Assembly (NCBI GenBank): GCA_964057225.1
Contig: OZ059894.1
Span: forward strand, 17,980,001 to 18,044,000
Reading direction: 5' to 3'
DNA from: Auanema rhodensis
Lineage: Eukaryota > Animalia > Nematoda
Length of the DNA: 64,000 nt
A model generated the notes under the pieces. The model was not told where the DNA came from and searched no databases. It saw only the letters and a program-made list of their open reading frames with translations. Numbering within the stretch: the stretch's first letter is position 1; the number at the start of each line of letters is the position of its first letter. A program made the translations under genes and the position numbers. Below are positions 24,571 through 39,500 of this stretch, piece after piece.

Positions 24571-27500
24571 ACGTAAATTTCAAAGTCATGGTTACCATGC
24601 ACCTATATCAATGAAAATTTGTTTTCAGTCTAATATGGAAATGGGGAATCTAATTTTGAAAACCGCATCTCTTTATCTTTTACGGGAAGCGAGTTACATA
24701 TCATGTGCCCATCACGTGTACATTTAATTAGCATAAATTAAAGTTCACGTAAATTTCAAAGTCATGGTTACCATGCACCAGTATCAATAGAAATTTGTTT
24801 TTGGACTAATATGGCCATGGGGAATCTAATTTTGAAAACCGCATCTCTTTATCTTTTACGGGAAACGAGTTACATATCATGTGCCCATCACGTGTACATT
24901 TAATTAGCATAAATTAAAGTTCACGTAAATTTCAAAGTCATGGTTACCATGCACCTATATCAATAAAAATTTGTTTTTAGACTAATATTAACATGGGGAA
25001 TCTAATTTTGAAAACCGCATCTCTTTATCTTTTACGGGAAACGAGTTACATATCATGTGCCCATCACGTGTACATTTAATTAGCATAAATTAAAGTTCAC
25101 GTAAATTTCAAAGTCATGGTTACCATGCACCTATATCAATAAAAATTTGTTTTTAGACTAATATTAACATGGGGAATCTAATTTTGAAAACCGCATCTCT
25201 TTATCTTTTACGGGAAACGAGTTACATATCATGTGCCCATCACGTGTACATTTAATTAGCATAAATTAAAGTTCACGTAAATTTCAAAGTCATGGTTACC
25301 ATGCACCTATATCAATAGAAATTTGTTTTCAGTCTAATATGGAAATGGGGAATCTAATTTTGAAAACCGCATCTCTTTATCTTTTACGGGAAACGAGTTA
25401 CATATCATGTGCCCATCACGTGTACATTTAATTAGCATAAATTAAAGTTCACGTAAATTTCAAAGTCATGGTTACCATGCACCTATATCAATGAAAATTT
25501 GTTTTTGGACTAATATGGCCATGGGGAATCTAATTTTGAAAACCACATCTCTTTATCTTTTACGGGAAGCGAGTTACATACCATGTGCACATCACGTGTA
25601 CATTTAATTAGCATAAATTAAAATTCACGTAAATTTCAAAGTCATGGTTACCATGCACCTAGATCAATGAAAATTTGTTTTTGGACTAATATGGCCATGG
25701 GGAGTGTAATTTTGAAAAGCACATCTCTTTATCTTTTACGGGAAGCGAGTTACATACCATGTGCACATCACGTGTACATTTAATTAGCATAAATTAAAAT
25801 TCACGTAAATTTCAAAGTCATGGTTACCATGCACCTATATCAATAGAAATTTGTTTTTAGTCTAATATGGCCATGGGGAATCTAATTTTGAAAACGGCAT
25901 CTCTTCATCTTTGAGTTACATACCATGTGTACATCACGTGTACATTTAATTAGCATAAATTAAAATTCACGTAAATTTCAAAGTCATGGTTACCATGCAC
26001 CTATATCAATAGAAATTTGTTTTTAGTCTAATATGGCCATGGGGAATCTAATTTTGAAAACGGCATCTCTTCATCTTTGAGTTACATACCATGTGTACAT
26101 CACGTGTACATTTAATTAGCATAAATTAAAGTTCACGTAAATTTCAAAGTCATGGTTACCATGCACCAATATCAACAAAAATTTGTTTTTAGACTAATAT
26201 GGACATGGGGAATCTAATTTTAAAAACCGCATCTCTTTATCTTTCACGTGAAGCGAGTTACATACCAAGTGCACATCACGTGTACATTTAATTAGCATAA
26301 ATTGAAGTTCACGTAAATTTCAAAGTCATGGTTACCATGAACCAATATCAATAAAAATTTGTTTTTAGACTAATATGGCCATGGGGAATCTAATTTTGAA
26401 AACGGCATCTCTTCATCTTTGAGTTACATACCATGTGTACATCACGTGTACATTTAATTAGCATAAATTAAAGTTCACGTAAATTTCAAAGTCATGGTTA
26501 CCATGCACCTATAACAATAAAAATTTGTTTTTAGTCTAATATGGCCATGGGGAATCTAATTTTGAAAACGGCATCTCTTCATCTTTGAGTTACATACCAT
26601 GTGTACATCACGTGTACATTTAATTAGCATAAATTAAAGTTCACGTAAATTTCAAAGTCATGGTTACTATGCGCCTATATCAATAAAAATTGGTTTTTAG
26701 ACTAATATGGCCATGGGGAGTGTAATTTTGAAAACCACATCTCTTTATCTTTTACGGGAAGCGAGTTACATATCATGTGCTCATCACGTGTACATTTAAT
26801 TAGCATAAATTAAAGTTCACGTAAATTTCAAAGTCATGGTTACCATGCACCTATATCAATAAAAATTTTTTTTCAGTCTAATATGGAAATGGGGAATCTA
26901 ATTTTGAAAACCGCATCTCTTTATCTTTTACGGGAAACGAGTTACATACCATGTGCACATCACGTGTACATTTAATTAGCATAAATTAAAATTCACGTAA
27001 ATTTCAAAGTCATGGTTACCATGCACCTAGATCAATGAAAATTTGTTTTTGGACTAATATGGCCATGGGGAGTGTAATTTTGAAAAGCACATCTCTTTAT
27101 CTTTTACGGGAAGCGAGTTACATACCATGTGCACATCACGTGTACATTTAATTAGCATAAATTAAAATTCACGTAAATTTCAAAGTCATGGTTACCATGC
27201 ACCTATATCAATAGAAATTTGTTTTTAGTCTAATATGGCCATGGGGAATCTAATTTTGAAAACGGCATCTCTTCATCTTTGAGTTACATACCATGTGTAC
27301 ATCACGTGTACATTTAATTAGCATAAATTAAAGTTCACGTAAATTTCAAAGTCATGGTTACCATGCACCTATAACAATAAAAATTTGTTTTTAGTCTAAT
27401 ATGGCCATGGGGAATCTAATTTTGAAAACGGCATCTCTTCATCTTTGAGTTACATACCATGTGTACATCACGTGTACATTTAATTAGCATAAATTAAAGT

Positions 27501-30500
27501 TCACGTAAATTTCAAAGTCATGGTTACTATACGCCTATATCAATAAAAATTGGTTTTTAGACTAATATGGCCATGGGGAGTGTAATTTTGAAAACCACAT
27601 CTCTTTATCTTTTACGGGAAGCGAGTTACATATCATGTGCACATCACGTGTACATTTAATTAGCATAAATTAAAATTCACGTAAATTTCAAAGTCATGGT
27701 TACCATGCACCTATATCAATGAAAATTTGTTTTTGGACTAATATGGCCATGGGGAGTGTAATTTTGAAAAGCACATCTCTTTATCTTTTACGGGAAACGA
27801 GTTACATACCATGTGCACATCACGTGTACATTTAATTAGCATAAATTAAAATTCACGTAAATTTCAAAGTCATGGTTACCATGCACCTAGATCAATGAAA
27901 ATTTGTTTTTGGACTAATATGGCCATGGGGAGTGTAATTTTGAAAAGCACATCTCTTTATCTTTTACGGGAAGCGAGTTACATACCATGTGCACATCACG
28001 TGTACATTTAATTAGCATAAATTAAAATTCACGTAAATTTCAAAGTCATGGTTACCATGCACCTATATCAATAGAAATTTGTTTTTAGTCTAATATGGCC
28101 ATGGGGAATCTAATTTTGAAAACGGCATCTCTTCATCTTTGAGTTACATACCATGTGTACATCACGTGTACATTTAATTAGCATAAATTAAAGTTCACGT
28201 AAATTTCAAAGTCATGGTTACCATGCACCTATAACAATAAAAATTTGTTTTTAGTCTAATATGGCCATGGGGAATCTAATTTTGAAAACGGCATCTCTTC
28301 ATCTTTGAGTTACATACCATGTGTACATCACGTGTACATTTAATTAGCATAAATTAAAGTTCACGTAAATTTCAAAGTCATGGTTACCATGCACCTATAT
28401 CAATAAAAATTTGTTTTCAGTCTAATATGGAAATGGGGATTCTAATTTTGAAAACCGCATCTCTTTATCTTTTACGGGAAACGAGTTACATACCATGTGC
28501 ACATCACGTGTACATTTAATTAGCATAAATTAAAATTCACGTAAATTTCAAAGTCATGGTTACCATGCACCTATATCAATAGAAATTTGTTTTTAGTCTA
28601 ATATGGCCATGGGGAATCTAATTTTGAAAACGGCATCTCTTCATCTTTGAGTTACATACCATGTGTACATCACGTGTACATTTAATTAGCATAAATTAAA
28701 GTTCACGTAAATTTCAAAGTCATGGTTACCATGCACCTATATCAATAGAAATTTGTTTTTAGTCTAATATGGCCATGGGGAATCTAATTTTGAAAACGGC
28801 ATCTCTTCATCTTTGAGTTACATACCATGTGTACATCACGTGTACATTTAATTAGCATAAATTAAAATTCACGTAAATTTCAAAGTCATGGTTACCATGC
28901 ACCTAGATCAATGAAAATTTGTTTTTGGACTAATATGGCCATGGGGAGTGTAATTTTGAAAAGCACATCTCTTTATCTTTCACGGGAAGCGAGTTACATA
29001 CCATGTGCACATCACGTGTACATTTAATTAGCATAAATTAAAATTCACGTAAATTTCAAAGTCATGGTTACCATGCACCTATATCAATAGAAATTTGTTT
29101 TTAGTCTAATATGGCCATGGGGAATCTAATTTTGAAAACGGCATCTCTTCATCTTTGAGTTACATACCATGTGTACATCACGTGTACATTTAATTAGCAT
29201 AAATTAAAGTTCACGTAAATTTCAAAGTCATGGTTACCATGCACCTATAACAATAAAAATTTGTTTTTAGTCTAATATGGAAATGGGGAATCTAATTTTG
29301 AAAACCGCATCTCTTTATCTTTTACGGGAAACGAGTTACATACCATGTGCTCATCACGTGTACATTTAATTAGCATAAATTGAAGTTCACGTAAATTTCA
29401 AAGTCATGGTTACCATGCACCTATATCAATAAAAATTTGTTTTCAGTCTAATATGGAAATGGGGAATCTAATTTTGAAAACCGCATCTCTTTATCTTTTA
29501 CGGGAAACGAGTTACATACCATGTGTACATCACGTGTACATTTAATTAGCATAAATTAAAGTTCACGTAAATTTCAAAGTCATGGTTACTATGCACCTAT
29601 AACAATAAAAATTTGTTTTTAGTCTAATATGGCCATGGGGAATCTAATTTTGAAAACGGCATCTCTTCATCTTTGAGTTACATACCATGTGTACATCACG
29701 TGTACATTTAATTAGCATAAATTAAAGTTCACGTAAATTTCAAAGTCATGGTTACCATGCACCTATATCAATAAAAATTTGTTTTCAGTCTAATATGGAA
29801 ATGGGGAATCTAATTTTGAAAACCGCATCTCTTTATCTTTTACGGGAAGCGAGTTACATACCATGTGTACATCACGTGTACATTTAATTAGCATAAATTA
29901 AAATTCACGTAAATTTCAAAGTCATGGTTACCATGCACCTAGATCAATGAAAATTTGTTTTTGGACTAATATGGCCATGGGGAGTGTAATTTTGAAAAGC
30001 ACATCTCTTTATCTTTCACGGGAAGCGAGTTACATACCATGTGCACATCACGTGTACATTTAATTAGCATAAATTAAAATTCACGTAAATTTCAAAGTCA
30101 TGGTTACCATGCACCTATATCAATAGAAATTTGTTTTTAGTCTAATATGGCCATGGGGAATCTAATTTTGAAAACGGCATCTTTTCATCTTTGAGTTACA
30201 TACCATGTGTACATCACGTGTACATTTAATTAGCATAAATTAAAGTTCACGTAAATTTCAAAGTCATGGTTACCATGCACCTATAACAATAAAAATTTGT
30301 TTTTAGTCTAATATGGCCATGGGGAATCTAATTTTGAAAACGGCATCTCTTCATCTTTGAGTTACATACCATGTGTACATCACGTGTACATTTAATTAGC
30401 ATAAATTAAAGTTCACGTAAATTTTAAAGTCATGGTTACTATGCGCCTATATCAATAAAAATTGGTTTTTAGACTAATATGGCCATGGGGAGTGTAATTT

Positions 30501-33500
30501 TGAAAACCACATCTCTTTATCTTTCACGGGAAGCGAGTTACATATCATGTGCTCATCACGTGTACATTTAATTAGCATAAATTAAAGTTCACGTAAATTT
30601 CAAAGTCATGGTTACCATGCACCTATATCAATAAAAATTTTTTTTCAGTCTAATATGGAAATGGGGAATCTAATTTTGAAAACCGCATCTCTTTATCTTT
30701 TACGGGAAACGAGTTACATACCATGTGCACATCACGTGTACATTTAATTAGCATAAATTAAAATTCATGTAAATTTCAAAGTCATGGTTACCATGCACCT
30801 ATATCAATAGAAATTTGTTTTCAGACTAATATTAACATGGGGAATCTAATTTTGAAAACCGCATCTCTTTATCTTTTACGGGAAGCGAGTTACATACCAT
30901 GTGCACATCACGTGTACGTTTAATTAGCATAAATTAAAATTCACGTAAATTTCAAAGTCATGGTTACCATGCACCTATATCAATAGAAATTTGTTTTTAG
31001 TCTAATATGGCCATGGGGAATCTAATTTTGAAAACGGCATCTCTTCATCTTTGAGTTACATACCATGTGTACATCACGTGTACATTTAATTAGCATAAAT
31101 TAAAATTCACGTAAATTTCAAAGTCATGGTTACCATGCACCTATATCAATAAAAATTTTTTTTCAGTCTAATATGGAAATGGGGAATCTAATTTTGAAAA
31201 CCGCATCTCTTTATCTTTTACGGGAAACGAGTTACATACCATGTGTACATCACGTGTACATTTAATTAGCATAAATTAAAGTTCACGTAAATTTCAAAGT
31301 CATGGTTACCATGCACCTATAACAATAAAAATTTGTTTTTAGTCTAATATGGCCATGGGGAATCTAATTTTGAAAACGGCATCTCTTCATCTTTGAGTTA
31401 CATACCATGTGTACATCACGTGTACATTTAATTAGCATAAATTAAAGTTCACGTAAATTTCAAAGTCATGGTTACTATGCGCCTATATCAATAAAAATTG
31501 GTTTTTAGACTAATATGGCCATGGGGAGTGTAATTTTGAAAACCACATCTCTTTATCTTTTACGGGAAGCGAGTTACATATCATGTGCTCATCACGTGTA
31601 CATTTAATTAGCATAAATTAAAGTTCACGTAAATTTCAAAGTCATGGTTACCATGCACCTATATCAATAAAAATTTTTTTTCAGTCTAATATGGAAATGG
31701 GGAATCTAATTTTGAAAACCGCATCTCTTTATCTTTTACGGGAAACGAGTTACATACCATGTGCACATCACGTGTACATTTAATTAGCATAAATTAAAAT
31801 TCACGTAAATTTCAAAGTCATGGTTACCATGCACCTAGATCAATGAAAATTTGTTTTTGGACTAATATGGCCATGGGGAGTGTAATTTTGAAAAGCACAT
31901 CTCTTTATCTTTTACGGGAAGCGAGTTACATACCATGTGCACATCACGTGTACATTTAATTAGCATAAATTAAAATTCACGTAAATTTCAAAGTCATGGT
32001 TACCATGCACCTATATCAATAGAAATTTGTTTTTAGTCTAATATGGCCATGGGGAATCTAATTTTGAAAACGGCATCTCTTCATCTTTGAGTTACATAAC
32101 ATGTGTACATCACGTGTACATTTAATTAGCATAAATTAAAGTTCACGTAAATTTCAAAGTCATGGTTACCATGCACCTATAACAATAAAAATTTGTTTTT
32201 AGTCTAATATGGCCATGGGGAATCTAATTTTGAAAACGGCATCTCTTCATCTTTGAGTTACATACCATGTGTACATCACGTGTACATTTAATTAGCATAA
32301 ATTAAAATTCACGTAAATTTCAAAGTCATGGTTACCATGCACCTATATCAATAAAAATTTTTTTTCAGTCTAATATGGAAATGGGGAATCTAATTTTGAA
32401 AACCGCATCTCTTTATCTTTTACGGGAAACGAGTTACATACCATGTGTACATCACGTGTACATTTAATTAGCATAAATTAAAGTTCACGTAAATTTCAAA
32501 GTCATGGTTACCATGCACCTATAACAATAAAAATTTGTTTTTAGTCTAATATGGCCATGGGGAATCTAATTTTGAAAACGGCATCTCTTCATCTTTGAGT
32601 TACATACCATGTGTACATCACGTGTACATTTAATTAGCATAAATTAAAGTTCACGTAAATTTCAAAGTCATGGTTACTATGCGCCTATATCAATAAAAAT
32701 TGGTTTTTAGACTAATATGGCCATGGGGAGTGTAATTTTGAAAACCACATCTCTTTATCTTTTACGGGAAGCGAGTTACATATCATGTGCTCATCACGTG
32801 TACATTTAATTAGCATAAATTAAAGTTCACGTAAATTTCAAAGTCATGGTTACCATGCACCTATATCAATAAAAATTTTTTTTCAGTCTAATATGGAAAT
32901 GGGGAATCTAATTTTGAAAACCGCATCTCTTTATCTTTTACGGGAAACGAGTTACATACCATGTGCACATCACGTGTACATTTAATTAGCATAAATTAAA
33001 ATTCACGTAAATTTCAAAGTCATGGTTACCATGCACCTAGATCAATGAAAATTTGTTTTTGGACTAATATGGCCATGGGGAGTGTAATTTTGAAAAGCAC
33101 ATCTCTTTATCTTTTACGGGAAGCGAGTTACATACCATGTGCACATCACGTGTACATTTAATTAGCATAAATTAAAATTCACGTAAATTTCAAAGTCATG
33201 GTTACCATGCACCTATATCAATAGAAATTTGTTTTTAGTCTAATATGGCCATGGGGAATCTAATTTTGAAAACGGCATCTCTTCATCTTTGAGTTACATA
33301 ACATGTGTACATCACGTGTACATTTAATTAGCATAAATTAAAGTTCACGTAAATTTCAAAGTCATGGTTACCATGCACCTATAACAATAAAAATTTGTTT
33401 TTAGTCTAATATGGCCATGGGGAATCTAATTTTGAAAACGGCATCTCTTCATCTTTGAGTTACATACCATGTGTACATCACGTGTACATTTAATTAGCAT

Positions 33501-36500
33501 AAATTAAAGTTCACGTAAATTTCAAAGTCATGGTTACCATGCACCTATATCAATAAAAATTTGTTTTCAGTCTAATATGGAAATGGGGATTCTAATTTTG
33601 AAAACCGCATCTCTTTATCTTTTACGGGAAACGAGTTACATACCATGTGCACATCACGTGTACATTTAATTAGCATAAATTAAAATTCACGTAAATTTCA
33701 AAGTCATGGTTACCATGCACCTATATCAATAGAAATTTGTTTTTAGTCTAATATGGCCATGGGGAATCTAATTTTGAAAACGGCATCTCTTCATCTTTGA
33801 GTTACATACCATGTGTACATCACGTGTACATTTAATTAGCATAAATTAAAGTTCACGTAAATTTCAAAGTCATGGTTACCATGCACCTATAACAATAAAA
33901 ATTTGTTTTTAGTCTAATATGGCCATGGGGAATCTAATTTTGAAAACGGCATCTCTTTATCTTTTACGGGAAGCGAGTTACATACCATGTGCACATCACG
34001 TGTACATTTAATTAGCATAAATTAAAATTCACGTAAATTTCAAAGTCATGGTTACCATGCACCTATATCAATAGAAATTTGTTTTTAGTCTAATATGGCC
34101 ATGGGGAATCTAATTTTGAAAACGGCATCTCTTCATCTTTGAGTTACATACCATGTGTACATCACGTGTACATTTAATTAGCATAAATTAAAGTTCACGT
34201 AAATTTCAAAGTCATGGTTACCATGCACCTATAACAATAAAAATTTGTTTTTAGTCTAATATGGCCATGGGGAATCTAATTTTGAAAACGGCATCTCTTC
34301 ATCTTTGAGTTACATACCATGTGTACATCACGTGTACATTTAATTAGCATAAATTGAAGTTCACGTAAATTTCAAAGTCATGGTTACTATGCGCCTATAT
34401 CAATAAAAATTGGTTTTTAGACTAATATGGCCATGGGGAGTTTAATTTTGAAAACCACATCTCTTTATCTTTTACGGGAAGCGAGTTACATATCATGTGC
34501 TCATCACGTGTACATTTAATTAGCATAAATTGAAGTTCACGTAAATTTCAAAGTCATGGTTACCATGCACCTATATCAATAAAAATTTGTTTTCAGTCTA
34601 ATATGGAAATGGGGAATCTAATTTTGAAAACCGCATCTCTTTATCTTTTACGGGAAACGAGTTACATACCATGTGTACATCACGTGTACATTTAATTAGC
34701 ATAAATTAAAGTTCACGTAAATTTCAAAGTCATGGTTACTATGCACCTATAACAATAAAAATTTGTTTTTAGTCTAATATGGCCATGGGGAATCTAATTT
34801 TGAAAACGGCATCTCTTCATCTTTGAGTTACATACCATGTGTACATCACGTGTACATTTAATTAGCATAAATTAAAGTTCACGTAAATTTCAAAGTCATG
34901 GTTACCATGCACCTATATCAATAAAAATTTGTTTTCAGTCTAATATGGAAATGGGGAATCTAATTTTGAAAACCGCATCTCTTTATCTTTTACGGGAAAC
35001 GAGTTACATACCATGTGCACATCACGTGTACATTTAATTAGCATAAATTAAAATTCACGTAAATTTCAAAGTCATGGTTACCATGCACCTAGATCAATGA
35101 AAATTTGTTTTTGGACTAATATGGCCATGGGGAGTGTAATTTTGAAAAGCACATCTCTTTATCTTTTACGGGAAGCGAGTTACATACCATGTGCACATCA
35201 CGTGTACATTTAATTAGCATAAATTAAAATTCACGTAAATTTCAAAGTCATGGTTACCATGCACCTATATCAATAGAAATTTGTTTTTAGTCTAATATGG
35301 CCATGGGGAATCTAATTTTGAAAACGGCATCTTTTCATCTTTGAGTTACATACCATGTGTACATCACGTGTACATTTAATTAGCATAAATTAAAGTTCAC
35401 GTAAATTTCAAAGTCATGGTTACCATGCACCTATAACAATAAAAATTTGTTTTTAGTCTAATATGGCCATGGGGAATCTAATTTTGAAAACGGCATCTCT
35501 TCATCTTTGAGTTACATACCATGTGTACATCACGTGTACATTTAATTAGCATAAATTAAAGTTCACGTAAATTTCAAAGTCATGGTTACCATGCACCTAT
35601 ATCAATAAAAATTTGTTTTCAGTCTAATATGGAAATGGGGAATCTAATTTTGAAAACCGCATCTCTTTATCTTTTACGGGAAACGAGTTACATACCATGT
35701 GCACATCACGTGTACATTTAATTAGCATAAATTAAAATTCACGTAAATTTCAAAGTCATGGTTACCATGCACCTAGATCAATGAAAATTTGTTTTTAGTC
35801 TAATATGGCCATGGGGAATCTAATTTTGAAAAGCACATCTCTTTATCTTTTACGGGAAGCGAGTTACATACCATGTGCACATCACGTGTACATTTAATTA
35901 GCATAAATTAAAATTCACGTAAATTTCAAAGTCATGGTTACCATGCACCTATATCAATAGAAATTTGTTTTTAGTCTAATATGGCCATGGGGAATCTAAT
36001 TTTGAAAACGGCATCTTTTCATCTTTGAGTTACATACCATGTGTACATCACGTGTACATTTAATTAGCATAAATTAAAGTTCACGTAAATTTCAAAGTCA
36101 TGGTTACCATGCACCTATAACAATAAAAATTTGTTTTTAGTCTAATATGGCCATGGGGAATCTAATTTTGAAAACGGCATCTCTTCATCTTTGAGTTACA
36201 TACCATGTGTACATCACGTGTACATTTAATTAGCATAAATTAAAGTTCACGTAAATTTTAAAGTCATGGTTACTATGCGCCTATATCAATAAAAATTGGT
36301 TTTTAGACTAATATGGCCATGGGGAGTGTAATTTTGAAAACCACATCTCTTTATCTTTCACGGGAAGCGAGTTACATATCATGTGCTCATCACGTGTACA
36401 TTTAATTAGCATAAATTAAAGTTCACGTAAATTTCAAAGTCATGGTTACCATGCACCTATATCAATAAAAATTTTTTTTCAGTCTAATATGGAAATGGGG

Positions 36501-39500
36501 AATCTAATTTTGAAAACCGCATCTCTTTATCTTTTACGGGAAACGAGTTACATACCATGTGCACATCACGTGTACATTTAATTAGCATAAATTAAAATTC
36601 ATGTAAATTTCAAAGTCATGGTAACCATGCACCTATATCAATAGAAATTTGTTTTCAGACTAATATGAACATGGGGAATCTAATTTTGAAAACCGCATCT
36701 CTTTATCTTTTACGGGAAGCGAGTTACATACCATGTGCACATCACGTGTACGTTTAATTAGCATAAATTAAAATTCACGTAAATTTCAAAGTCATGGTTA
36801 CCATGCACCTATATCAATAGAAATTTGTTTTTAGTCTAATATGGCCATGGGGAATCTAATTTTGAAAACGGCATCTCTTCATCTTTGAGTTACATACCAT
36901 GTGTACATCACGTGTACATTTAATTAGCATAAATTAAAATTCACGTAAATTTCAAAGTCATGGTTACCATGCACCTATATCAATAAAAATTTTTTTTCAG
37001 TCTAATATGGAAATGGGGAATCTAATTTTGAAAACCGCATCTCTTTATCTTTTACGGGAAACGAGTTACATACCAGGTGCACATCACGTGTACGTTTAAT
37101 TAGCATAAATTAAAATTCACGTAAATTTCAAAGTCATGGTTACCATGCACCTATATCAATAGAAATTTGTTTTTAGTCTAATATGGCCATGGGGAATCTA
37201 ATTTTGAAAACGGCATCTCTTCATCTTTGAGTTACATACCATGTGTACATCACGTGTACATTTAATTAGCATAAATTAAAATTCACGTAAATTTCAAAGT
37301 CATGGTTACCATGCACCTATATCAATAGAAATTTGTTTTTAGTCTAATATGGCCATGGGGAATCTAATTTTGAAAACGGCATCTCTTCATCTTTGAGTTA
37401 CATACCATGTGTACATCACGTGTACATTTAATTAGCATAAATTAAAGTTCACGTAAATTTCAAAGTCATGGTTACTATACGCCTATATCAATAAAAATTG
37501 GTTTTTAGACTAATATGGCCATGGGGAGTGTAATTTTGAAAACCACATCTTTTTATCTTTTACGGGAAGCGAGTTACATATCATGTGCTCATCACGTGTA
37601 CATTTAATTAGCATAAATTAAAGTTCACGTAAATTTCAAAGTCATGGTTACCATGCACCTATATCAATAAAAATTTGTTTTCAGTCTAATATGGAAATGG
37701 GGAATCTAATTTTGAAAACCGCATCTCTTTATCTTTTACGGGAAACGAGTTACATACCATGTGCACATCACGTGTACATTTAATTAGCATAAATTAAAAT
37801 TCACGTAAATTTCAAAGTCATGGTTACCATGCACCTATATCAATAGAAATTTGTTTTTAGTCTAATATGGCCATGGGGAATCTAATTTTGAAAACGGCAT
37901 CTCTTCATCTTTGAGTTACATACCATGTGTACATCACGTGTACATTTAATTAGCATAAATTAAAGTTCACGTAAATTTCAAAGTCATGGTTACCATGCAC
38001 CTATAACAATAAAAATTTGTTTTTAGTCTAATATGGCCATGGGGAATCTAATTTTAAAAACGGCATCTCTTTATCTTTTACGGGAAGCGAGTTACATACC
38101 ATGTGCACATCACGTGTACATTTAATTAGCATAAATTAAAATTCACGTAAATTTCAAAGTCATGGTTACCATGCACCTATATCAATAGAAATTTGTTTTT
38201 AGTCTAATATGGCCATGGGGAATCTAATTTTGAAAACGGCATCTCTTCATCTTTGAGTTACATACCATGTGTACATCACGTGTACATTTAATTAGCATAA
38301 ATTAAAATTCACGTAAATTTCAAAGTCATGGTTACCATGCACCTAGATCAATGAAAATTTGTTTTTAGTCTAATATGGCCATGGGGAATCTAATTTTGAA
38401 AACGGCATCTCTTCATCTTTGAGTTACATACCATGTGTACATCACGTGTACATTTAATTTGCATAAATTAAAGTTCACGTAAATTTCAAAGTCATGGTTA
38501 CCATGCACCTATAACAATAAAAATTTGTTTTTAGTCTAATATGGCCATGGGGAATCTAATTTTGAAAACGGCATCTCTTCATCTTTGAGTTACATACCAT
38601 GTGTACATCACGTGTACATTTAATTAGCATAAATTAAAGTTCACGTAAATTTCAAAGTCATGGTTACTATGCGCCTATATCAATAAAAATTGGTTTTTAG
38701 ACTAATATGGCCATGGGGAGTTTAATTTTGAAAACCACATCTCTTTATCTTTTACGGGAAGCGAGTTACATATCATGTGCTCATCACGTGTACATTTAAT
38801 TAGCATAAATTGAAGTTCACGTAAATTTCAAAGTCATGGTTACCATGCACCTATATCAATAAAAATTTGTTTTCAGTCTAATATGGAAATGGGGAATCTA
38901 ATTTTGAAAACCGCATCTCTTTATCTTTTACGGGAAACGAGTTACATACCATGTGTACATCACGTGTACATTTAATTAGCATAAATTAAAGTTCACGTAA
39001 ATTTCAAAGTCATGGTTACTATGCACCTATAACAATAAAAATTTGTTTTTAGTCTAATATGGCCATGGGGAATCTAATTTTGAAAACGGCATCTCTTCAT
39101 CTTTGAGTTACATACCATGTGTACATCACGTGTACATTTAATTAGCATAAATTAAAGTTCACGTAAATTTCAAAGTCATGGTTACTATGCGCCTATATCA
39201 ATAAAAATTGGTTTTTAGACTAATATGGCCATGGGGAGTGTAATTTTGAAAACCACATCTCTTTATCTTTTACGGGAAGCGAGTTACATATCATGTGCTC
39301 ATCACGTGTACATTTAATTAGCATAAATTAAAGTTCACGTAAATTTCAAAGTCATGGTTACTATGCACCTATAACAATAAAAATTTGTTTTTAGTCTAAT
39401 ATGGCCATGGGGAATCTAATTTTGAAAACGGCATCTCTTCATCTTTGAGTTACATACCATGTGTACATCACGTGTACATTTAATTAGCATAAATTAAAGT

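Noticed and set aside
24527-24727. 66-aa ORF crossing the junction into the satellite
   Set aside because: It starts at a non-ATG codon and is built from junction fragments plus one monomer. There is no coding evidence.
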